From a bacterium (lineage in GTDB: Bacteria > Muiribacteriota > UBA6191): a stretch of 16,597 bases of DNA. This document shows, in pieces, positions 9,734 through 16,597 of this stretch. The stretch is taken from contig JAYZAC010000185.1 of assembly GCA_036339875.1 (NCBI GenBank), forward strand, positions 1-16,597, written 5' to 3'. The position numbers were made by a program, and so were the translations under genes. A model generated the notes under the pieces. It saw only the letters and a program-made list of their open reading frames with translations, ran no database searches and was not told the origin of the DNA. How positions within the stretch are numbered: position 1 is the first letter of the stretch; each line of letters opens with the position of its first letter.

Positions 9734-10985
9734 TTTTTTCTCCCGAATTCTGAAGAATTTTCTTTATTGAGATATTTTCATGTTCTTTAAGTTGAATTTC
9801 CTGATTTTCTAAAATCTTACGAATTGCTGCACCTTTCTCACCTAGCTTATCGCTGATATGTTTTGGTTCAGCTTTAATGCCTAAGTCGCTACACAGCTGA
9901 CTAAAACTTACGTATTCAAGATCCCTATTTAAGATGAACTTACCATCTTCTGTTTTCACAAGATAGCGAGTGTTTCTTAAACGCTCAATTGCCTCATGAA
10001 TAACAGCATGCCTCATTGGTATTGAATGTATCAAAGAGGCCGAAGTTTCGAAATAATTTGGATTTCTTGATGCCTTGTATAATCGTTGAATCACAGCAAT
10101 TCCAGCCATTAAAATTCTTGTGATTAACAAGTTTTTAGTACTCGTGTTAATGTCCTCTTCTGTAAGGGCGGAGTATTCTGGCAAAGTGGAAACAATCTCA
10201 GCTCCTAGCAATGCGGCAGCCCATGATAGATACAGCCAAATTAAAAATATTGGTACAGTTGCTAAGGTACCGTAGAGCACTTGATAAAATGGGAAAGTAG
10301 CCACGTAATATTCGAAGCCTAACTTAAGAAGTTCGAAAATTAATGTTGTGAATGTAGCTCCAACAAGAGCATGTTTCCACCGAACAAAAGTATTTGGAAT
10401 AATTGTGTAAAGAAGAAAGAACGCAATGATTTCCATTAGCGAGGGAAAGACTCGTAAGAATAATGAATTTGCTTCCACTGCCCCTGGTATATTCAGAATT
10501 TGCGCCTTTGCAAAAAGATAGCTGGAAACTGATAAACTAGTCCCCAATAGTAAGGGACCAATGGTTAAAGTGGACCAGAATGTAAGAATATTGGAGAGAA
10601 AAGTTCTTTTTGTAGGAGAACTCCATATGTAATCAAAGCTATTTTGTATTGTGAGTAGTAGTAAAACAGATGTTACAGTCAGTGTAATTACTCCAAAGGC
10701 AGTAGAGTGAGTAGCATTTCCAATAAAACGCGTAAAATAGTCCCCCACTGTTGCACTTGCCGTTGGTACAAAAATTTTGAAAATAACCTCATGAATTCTG
10801 TCTTCCATACCCTGAAATGTTGGAAACATGGATAAAACGGCAAATGCTAAGGCAAGAACCGGTGCTATAGCTAATAATGTTGTATAGCTAAGTCCCGCTG
10901 CACGTGTAAAGCAGCCGTCATTCATGAAACGTTTTGCCACAACAATAAGGAATAATTTAAGTCGTACCCAATTCATAGCAATCAT
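9726..10985 (-). CDS. yihY: YihY/virulence factor BrkB family inner membrane protein with C-terminal winged-helix-like extension
   Basis: RAAGLSYTTLLAIAP, FDYIW, LYTIIPN, LYGTLATVPIFLIWLYLSW...LLGAE; the C-terminal IERLRNTRYLVKTEDGKFILNRD is wHTH-like. The true start may be the ATG at 10976. Confidence 0.9.
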   Translation of the reverse strand: MIAMNWVRLKLFLIVVAKRFMNDGCFTRAAGLSYTTLLAIAPVLALAFAVLSMFPTFQGMEDRIHEVIFKIFVPTASATVGDYFTRFIGNATHSTAFGVITLTVTSVLLLLTIQNSFDYIWSSPTKRTFLSNILTFWSTLTIGPLLLGTSLSVSSYLFAKAQILNIPGAVEANSLFLRVFPSLMEIIAFFLLYTIIPNTFVRWKHALVGATFTTLIFELLKLGFEYYVATFPFYQVLYGTLATVPIFLIWLYLSWAAALLGAEIVSTLPEYSALTEEDINTSTKNLLITRILMAGIAVIQRLYKASRNPNYFETSASLIHSIPMRHAVIHEAIERLRNTRYLVKTEDGKFILNRDLEYVSFSQLCSDLGIKAEPKHISDKLGEKGAAIRKILENQEIQLKEHENISIKKILQNSGEKNA

Positions 10986-10992
10986 TGTAGCA
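10984..10992 (-). promoter_or_regulatory. Candidate extended -10 (TGCTACAAT) for a leaderless yihY transcript
   Basis: Lies 7 nt upstream of ATG 10976; no SD visible. Confidence 0.4.
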
Positions 10993-11012
10993 TTGAAGTG
11001 ATTTTCAGATTT

Positions 11013-12380
11013 CTAATTTGATTTTGCACGGCTGGCTAAATATTTAATCCAGCGAGTTTTACGCCGATCATGCATTCGTAGGTCTGCTCGAGCTATTGCC
11101 ACTTCATAGGGAGATAAAGATTCCTCAGCTGACGTTTGCAGAATTTCATAAATGGTGTCTTTGATGCGTAAGAGCTCGTCATAAACCAATGCGGGGTCAT
11201 AATTTTGTCGGTAAGCTACTTGACCAGACTCCGAATCATGTCCAACCTCTTGGATAGCGTTTAGTAAGCCTCCACAGTTACTCATGAAGTCAGGAATCCA
11301 TAGAATTCCGTTTTCATGAAGTAGGACTGCATCTTTATCCTGATTTAGCTGATGATTGGCAGCACCGACAATAATTTTACATCGGAAATCCTTTATACGT
11401 TTATCAGAAATTAGACCTCCTGTGGCACATGGAATAATGGCATGACATTCAAAGTGATGGGCTGAGCGCACTTCCTCTCTCGTACGCGCTATGATTTTCA
11501 TTCCATAGATTTCTTCCATAATTTTGCAGGCATTCTCATCAATATCGGCTCCATACAGATCGGCACCCTCTTTCACCAAATAATCAGTGAGTGCTAACCC
11601 ACATTTTCCGAGTCCGATGATTAAAATCTTTTTACCTTTAAGAGATACATCTTTACTGTTTTCAATGAAATCCGTAGCAACCTTCAAAGATTGATAAACC
11701 CCAAATGCTGTAAACGGTGTAGGTTCACCGCTTCCATTATGACTGCCGGGTTCTTCATTCCTTCCCTCAATGCACACAAAATCTGTTTCTTTAACGTTAC
11801 AAATTACATGTGCTGTCTGACGTTGGACGATATGCATATTCTGCATGCTAGAATTCAAATCTGGTCCAAGGATAATTTGGCCCTCGTATTCTTCAATGAT
11901 TTTTCCTACATGTTCAAGCAGTGGAAAAACAGCTTCTTTATTGTAGAAAGTTTCGTTTGGTCTAGCATGATCTAAAACTAATTGAGCACCTCCGAAATTC
12001 AAATTGTTGATGCTTGCTTTTCGCGCTACGGAGCGAGAGATCATTACGGAATCTTCTATCATGTCTTCTTCAGTTTCGTAATCGTCAATTCTCAAGCCTG
12101 CAATCGCAGGGCCAAGGTCGATAGAGTAGATACAAAGAACGGCTTTACAGACTAGATCGCTGTTCTCAACTTTTTCATAGATCATAATGAGATCTTCATG
12201 TCCCATTTGGGCCAGAATTAGATCAGAGAGTAGCAAGAAACCATATATAGGGTTTTTTTCCAAGGGTAACAATACCCATTCATTAGTTTGATTTCTCATC
12301 ATATAGGCAGTAGAGTTTTTTATCCGCAAACGGCGAATGCTATTATCTCGCATATATTGAAAAACTTTGGAAGTGCTCAT
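11013..12380 (-). CDS. Glu/Leu/Phe/Val dehydrogenase family protein (LeuDH-like), divergent, catalytic Lys replaced by Gln
   Basis: LGPAIAGLR, SGEPTPFTAFGV, Rossmann GLGKCG, PCATGG, IVGAANHQL and PDFMSNCGGLL align with leucine dehydrogenase; LNFGGAQ replaces LNLGGGK. Confidence 0.88.
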   Translation of the reverse strand: MSTSKVFQYMRDNSIRRLRIKNSTAYMMRNQTNEWVLLPLEKNPIYGFLLLSDLILAQMGHEDLIMIYEKVENSDLVCKAVLCIYSIDLGPAIAGLRIDDYETEEDMIEDSVMISRSVARKASINNLNFGGAQLVLDHARPNETFYNKEAVFPLLEHVGKIIEEYEGQIILGPDLNSSMQNMHIVQRQTAHVICNVKETDFVCIEGRNEEPGSHNGSGEPTPFTAFGVYQSLKVATDFIENSKDVSLKGKKILIIGLGKCGLALTDYLVKEGADLYGADIDENACKIMEEIYGMKIIARTREEVRSAHHFECHAIIPCATGGLISDKRIKDFRCKIIVGAANHQLNQDKDAVLLHENGILWIPDFMSNCGGLLNAIQEVGHDSESGQVAYRQNYDPALVYDELLRIKDTIYEILQTSAEESLSPYEVAIARADLRMHDRRKTRWIKYLASRAKSN

Positions 12381-13708
12381 ATTCTATTGCTGCTTTCCTT
12401 ACGCTTATTCCATTTTACGGTTTCTTCCTCTAGACGTCCTAAAAATTGGAAAAAAACTTCTCTATTAATTGAAATCCAGTCCCTCGATGCCTCTTCGGTC
12501 TTTAAATCGAGGATATATATACGGCGTAAAACTTCTCGGTGCACCACGTCCTTTTTAAGAATACTTTTAGGATCTACATATTTCCATAATAGTTCCATCA
12601 AATAGAGTTGCATTATTTGATCTCTGAGTTCTATGGTTAGTACCAACATTTGATTCTCAGGGATTTTACCACGCCAGTAGGATCCGTGAGGGGCAATCAA
12701 TTTAACCTGAGATTCATGAAACCATCTAATTTCGGAAGGCATTATTTCAGAACTATTTGTGTAATCTTGTAGAATTTTTAAAATACTGGGCAGTCGCTTA
12801 CGGTCATAATGTGATTGTTGAGTGATGTATTTAAGATCTTGATCAACATTTGCTAAGTTATTACTGTGTCTTTGAAACGATAGAAAGCTTTCCTGAGCTA
12901 TAAATTCTGCTTCTTCATGGAGTAGTTGCGGGTCAGGTAGTATTTCTACGTTTGAACAGTCCCTGATACCCTTTCCGAAAAGAAATTCGGGCTCTGATAG
13001 ATTTTTTTCAGATTTGTTTTTAGTAATTACTTTTTCTCCGAATTCTTCTCTACTGACAGCGATTTGTTGGTAAAGGAATCTTGAGAATTTTGCAATTACT
13101 GTATCTTCTTCTCCAACTTCACACTGAACCAATTTCTTAAATTCCACTTCAAGATTCCTACTATAAGCAAAACTAACTAATCCCTCATTTGCCAAAGCAA
13201 AACTACAAAAAAAGTATAAATCACGGGGTTTATCAATCCATCCCATTCTAACCAAACGAAGAATAGATGTTGTAATTAGGACCAGTGGTGGGAAATTATC
13301 AGGATTTTCGGATTGCCATTCAAAAATTTTTAATAGTTTAATTTCGGAACCTGGGTTGTCTCTCTCAGTAAAAGTCTCTGGAAAATTTTCAAATCTAGAT
13401 ATTGTGAAATTTCTGATTGCCTTGAGAAGTAAGACCCATCTTGGTTCATTTTGCTGCTGAAAATAAAAAAGTTCATGGAAAAGTCTGAATTCTCCAGCGT
13501 GAAAAATTATTGTACTTGTCGATAAATTATTGCTTAAATCTTGCTCTAAGAAACTTTTGCATGTTTCTTCAGGAAGTGTAATTTCAAGCCCTAAGAAATA
13601 TTCTTTCATCAAAAATGAGTGATAATCAGCTAAAACTAGCTGACTGGTAATTGGAAATATTTCGTTTAAAGTCTTAACTAATTCAGTTTTAAATTTTTCT
13701 GCACTCAT
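12377..13708 (-). CDS. Hypothetical soluble protein (443 aa), no recognisable family
   Basis: Long ORF in AT-rich DNA; ATGA stop/start overlap with the downstream dehydrogenase-like gene. Confidence 0.8.
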   Translation of the reverse strand: MSAEKFKTELVKTLNEIFPITSQLVLADYHSFLMKEYFLGLEITLPEETCKSFLEQDLSNNLSTSTIIFHAGEFRLFHELFYFQQQNEPRWVLLLKAIRNFTISRFENFPETFTERDNPGSEIKLLKIFEWQSENPDNFPPLVLITTSILRLVRMGWIDKPRDLYFFCSFALANEGLVSFAYSRNLEVEFKKLVQCEVGEEDTVIAKFSRFLYQQIAVSREEFGEKVITKNKSEKNLSEPEFLFGKGIRDCSNVEILPDPQLLHEEAEFIAQESFLSFQRHSNNLANVDQDLKYITQQSHYDRKRLPSILKILQDYTNSSEIMPSEIRWFHESQVKLIAPHGSYWRGKIPENQMLVLTIELRDQIMQLYLMELLWKYVDPKSILKKDVVHREVLRRIYILDLKTEEASRDWISINREVFFQFLGRLEEETVKWNKRKESSNRI

Positions 13709-13762
13709 TGATGAAATAATCGGTCAAGGTGGTCTGTCTCTCCACCTCTTGCATTCAATGAG

Positions 13763-13768
13763 TATAAT
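13763..13768 (+). promoter_or_regulatory. -10 box TATAAT for a probably leaderless rsgA transcript
   Basis: Perfect TATAAT 6 nt before ATG 13775, with no SD in between. Confidence 0.5.
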
Positions 13769-13774
13769 AGACTT

Positions 13775-14737
13775 ATGACAAAGCAAAAATTTTCGTCATA
13801 TAAAATTTTAAGACGCCATGGCGGCTTCTATTATTGCGAACACCCAGAAGGAGGAGAAATTGAGTGCAAATTGAAGGGAAGTCTCAAGAAAGGACGTCGA
13901 ACCACTAACTTGGTTGTTGTGGGTGATCATGTAAAGCTGGATTTTTTCCCAGATCAAAAATTTAAAGCCCTTCTAGTAGAGGTTTGTGAACGTAAAACTG
14001 TTATGCGCCGAGCTAAAGGCTACAAGCGGGGTTATGGTGGTCGCGATGAGAGGGAGGCTCAAGCCTTAATTGCTAATATAGATCAGGTTTTACTGACTAT
14101 GCCTGTGAAAGAACCAGATTTTCACCCCCTACTCTTGGATCGCTTCTTGTGCATAGTTGAATTCATGGAAATCACTCCAATTATTTTATTGAATAAATGG
14201 GATTTATTAGAATCTTCAGATTTTGAATATTTTGAGAAAATTAAATTATGTTATGAAAAATGTGGCTTTAAAGTTGTTTCATTGAGTTTAAACTCAGGCT
14301 TAAATATGGACGAATTTAAGTCTATTCTCAAAGGAAAGACCTCATTTTTAATGGGCCCTAGTGGAGCAGGGAAATCATCATTAATTAATAGTATTTGCCC
14401 GCAACTAGATATAAGATTGGGCGAATGGTCTGAGCGTTGCAAGACGGGCCCTCAAACTACTACAGTTACTCAGATTTATCCTATTGGCGAGAAAACTTAT
14501 ATTGCTGATACGGCAGGTTTTTCGCAAGTTTATCTTAACCATATTTTTTGGGAAGAACTACGCTTTTGTTATCCAGAATATAGGAAGTTATCATGTAAAT
14601 ATCAAGATTGCTTGCATCAAAGCGAAGACCATTGTCTAGTACGTCAATCAGTGCGAGAAGGTTTACTAGATGCCGGCAGATATGATCGATACTTAAAATT
14701 ACTCGAAGAATGTACTAAGGAGCAACCTTGGGCCTAG
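13775..14737 (+). CDS. rsgA: Ribosome small subunit-dependent GTPase A (circularly permuted GTPase)
   Basis: N-terminal OB fold (VVGDHV), IANIDQ, G4 NKWD, G1 GPSGAGKSSLIN, G2 GPQTTT, G3 DTAG, zinc site CKYQDCLHQSEDHC, RYDRY. Confidence 0.95.
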   Translation: MTKQKFSSYKILRRHGGFYYCEHPEGGEIECKLKGSLKKGRRTTNLVVVGDHVKLDFFPDQKFKALLVEVCERKTVMRRAKGYKRGYGGRDEREAQALIANIDQVLLTMPVKEPDFHPLLLDRFLCIVEFMEITPIILLNKWDLLESSDFEYFEKIKLCYEKCGFKVVSLSLNSGLNMDEFKSILKGKTSFLMGPSGAGKSSLINSICPQLDIRLGEWSERCKTGPQTTTVTQIYPIGEKTYIADTAGFSQVYLNHIFWEELRFCYPEYRKLSCKYQDCLHQSEDHCLVRQSVREGLLDAGRYDRYLKLLEECTKEQPWA

Positions 14738-15323
14738 TTCTACCTGATTTAATAATTGGTATGCTTCCTTCTTCCAGAAAGTAGATAGATTTGAATAAGT
14801 CATCACGGCTATTGTAATAGCCATCATCCCCTGAAAGATCTGGTAATTTACAACTTTTATCCTTGAATATTAGCGATCTCGTACTAGATGAGTAACTTAC
14901 TCCAAATGGAAGTGTCTCCAATCGAAAATGTAATCTTTGCTTAGATTGTTTTATCCATTGTTTAACCTCTTCGGGACAAGATGCAGATATCCAGTGGAAG
15001 TGTAAGTCATCACTACTATGGAAACGTTCATCGGTTCATGCAGACACTAGAATCATTGCTTTAGGTCTCATGTAAAATGATTTTCCCCATCCATCTACGG
15101 GAAAGCCTGTATTTTTCTTAGGTAGTACAAATGGAAGACTTTTTTGTATTCGAATAAGGTTAAGCCATTGCTTAAAGTAATTATAAGCTAATTTTGGCGT
15201 TGTATTTGATGCATTTTTTTTAAGTGCATAAGATTTGATCAACCCTGTTACAGTAGCTAGTAAGATCATAACGAACATAAGTCGCATGACCATTCCGTAG
15301 TCAAGTCTACCTCGCTTATACAT
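14715..15323 (-). pseudogene. GspG/pseudopilin-C-terminal-like membrane-anchored protein (202 codons) interrupted by one in-frame TGA at 15036-15038
   Basis: Track ORFs 15036..15323 and 14715..14921 are in one frame, joined by 38 stop-free codons: PVDGWGKSFY...ILVSA*TDERFHSSDDL resembles the DPWG...SxGxDG...DD motif. N-terminal TM helix. Confidence 0.65.
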
Positions 15324-15343
15324 ATCTCATTAGTGGATTTAGA

Positions 15344-15481
15344 TTAGTGAATTCTCAATGGTGAAAGCTCAAGAAAATAGTCCAAAGGAATTTCCACGGT
15401 ATGCATACCTTTTCGGTTTGCAAAACGAAAAGAAACAATACGATCTGCAGGATTGTCGATCTCTTTACTTTCTGTATTCAT
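15344..15481 (-). CDS. Small hypothetical protein (45 aa), not in the ORF track
   Basis: MNTESKEIDNPADRIVSFRFANRKGMHTVEIPLDYFLELSPLRIH*; AGGAG (15496-15492) 10 nt upstream; ATGA overlap with the upstream ORF; fills the gap in a co-directional run. Confidence 0.55.
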   Translation of the reverse strand: MNTESKEIDNPADRIVSFRFANRKGMHTVEIPLDYFLELSPLRIH

Positions 15482-15696
15482 GGACGCTGTACTCCTAATA
15501 TTCCTAAACGCTGGCTATTTAGAGATTTAAGTCTGAGCTTATTTTCATCTTTGCGTTTAGGTTGAGAATTCTTGATACTGAGAGATTGTCTCCGAGCCTT
15601 AAAAGTTTGTTCTTTGACTATTTTATTACTAGAAATTAGAGAGACAACCAAGGCCAAAACACCAATCATAATATATGTCAAAGGTCCCTGTTTCAA
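15478..15696 (-). CDS. Small basic protein with an N-terminal hydrophobic anchor (72 aa)
   Basis: TTG start with AGAGGAG (15713-15707) 10 nt upstream; hydrophobic YIMIGVLALVVSLI followed by a Lys/Arg-rich tail. Confidence 0.6.
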   Translation of the reverse strand: MKQGPLTYIMIGVLALVVSLISSNKIVKEQTFKARRQSLSIKNSQPKRKDENKLRLKSLNSQRLGILGVQRP

Positions 15697-15753
15697 AATT
15701 CGATTTCTCCTCTGTTTAGTACAACGGAGGGATGAGGAATTTTTGTTAGTGTT

Positions 15754-16596
15754 TTAGTCGATTCTTGTTATATTGTCGCAATTTTTCCAGAAACCGGCCT
15801 TAAGATTATCTACACTTGCTTGGCGGCATCCATTGAATTTGATTTTAGATTCTAAACAGTTCTCATCAGTTGGATTGCCGGAGAGACAACCAGATAGTGG
15901 ATTTCTGATTAAACTAGACTTGATTAGCAAAATAGATTTTTTACTCAAACTATTATCTTGGTTTGAGAGGAATAAAGAATGTAAACGTTTGAATCTAGGA
16001 TGATATAGATCAAGGAACTGGTCTTTTTTAGAATTGAAAAATGTATGATCTATAAAATCTATTGTATTTAGTTTTGATATTTTAGTTTTGATGGGAACCT
16101 TGTTTACTCTGACTTGCCATTCTCCTGCATTGGACGGTAGTTGTACCCTTAACGAATCCTTTTGGCGAGTAAGTCTCCAATATTTCGGAATAATCAAATT
16201 TTGAGTCATTATTGTTGAATTTGGATTCCAGTAAATAAATGATTTCTTGGCTTCTAAAATTTTTTCAAGTTTTATTGCTAACTCGGGATGCTCCATTTGT
16301 AGTAAGTTTTCGTCATTTTTTGTGAAGGCAGATTGACTCCAATTAGCGCTACCACTTAAAACTACTTTTTTATCTATTACAGCGGCTTTATGATGCCAAT
16401 GTCCGGCTCCATCATCTTTCCAATGTTCAAGTTTATAAATCTTCAATAGCTGAGACAGAGATTCTTTCTTTTTTGCAACTCTACTGCCTAGGCCTAAATT
16501 ATCTATTACAATTTTTACGGTCACTCCAGTGGATCTTTTAAGTCTTAGTAAATCAATAATATCAGGGTCTGTGAGAAAGAATAGGGCAATAACGAT
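15754..16596 (-). CDS. Phospholipase D-like (HKD) domain protein, 5'-truncated by the window edge
   Basis: HHKAAVIDKKVVLSGSANWS = H-x-K-x4-D-x6-GSxN, followed by NDEN. The frame stays open upstream of GTG 16524 (IVIALFFLTDPDIIDLLRLKRSTGVTVKIVID, a typical PLD segment) to the window end. Confidence 0.88.
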   Translation of the reverse strand: MVIALFFLTDPDIIDLLRLKRSTGVTVKIVIDNLGLGSRVAKKKESLSQLLKIYKLEHWKDDGAGHWHHKAAVIDKKVVLSGSANWSQSAFTKNDENLLQMEHPELAIKLEKILEAKKSFIYWNPNSTIMTQNLIIPKYWRLTRQKDSLRVQLPSNAGEWQVRVNKVPIKTKISKLNTIDFIDHTFFNSKKDQFLDLYHPRFKRLHSLFLSNQDNSLSKKSILLIKSSLIRNPLSGCLSGNPTDENCLESKIKFNGCRQASVDNLKAGFWKNCDNITRID

Positions 16597-16597
16597 T

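Noticed and set aside
14980..15038. Selenocysteine at the in-frame TGA
   Set aside because: The position corresponds to Gly rather than Cys, there is no redox motif, and only a weak 4-bp stem lies downstream, not a convincing SECIS.
15355..15480. Readthrough of the 72-aa ORF TGA in the same frame
   Set aside because: It gives about 40 codons with no recognisable motif; the alternative frame has an SD and an ATGA-coupled start, which explains the region better.
93..16003. Short track ORFs 93..380, 1654..1836, 2173..2421, 8801..9031, 11691..11975, 12288..12605, 14251..14442, 15572..15757 and 15773..16003
   Set aside because: They overlap better-supported genes in other frames or on the opposite strand and carry no motifs; most likely shadow ORFs.
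1..16597. Genome-wide TGA=Gly recoding (code 25) suggested by the TGA at 15036
   Set aside because: All long genes are free of in-frame TGA, and TGA ends pepN, dgt, the rhomboid and yihY at their expected C-termini, so code 11 fits.
1..16597. CRISPR array, tRNA/rRNA, IS element or DNA tandem repeats
   Set aside because: Intergenic gaps are about 100 nt or less, no repeated DNA units or transposase/integrase motifs were seen, and the HEAT repeats are visible only at protein level.

Overview
AT-rich, gene-dense bacterial chromosomal window (standard code 11) with no visible mobile element, RNA gene or CRISPR array. On the + strand are the C-terminal part of a BNR/Asp-box beta-propeller protein, aminopeptidase N (pepN), a lipoprotein coupled to a HEAT-repeat membrane protein, a dGTP triphosphohydrolase (dgt) and rsgA. 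On the - strand are a [2Fe-2S] ferredoxin and two gene runs. The first run is an orphan 443-aa protein, a Leu/Phe/Val-dehydrogenase-like protein, YihY/BrkB, a small membrane protein and a rhomboid protease. The second, at the window end, is a PLD/HKD protein, a 72-aa ORF, a 45-aa ORF missing from the track and a GspG-like gene split by one in-frame TGA. The most notable points are: (1) the dehydrogenase homolog has Gln in place of the catalytic Lys and may be a pseudoenzyme; (2) the in-frame TGA sits exactly where a conserved Gly is expected; (3) RsgA has Gln in place of the switch-I His; (4) several genes have -10 boxes 6-9 nt before the ATG, suggesting leaderless mRNAs. No complete novel system can be demonstrated from sequence alone.
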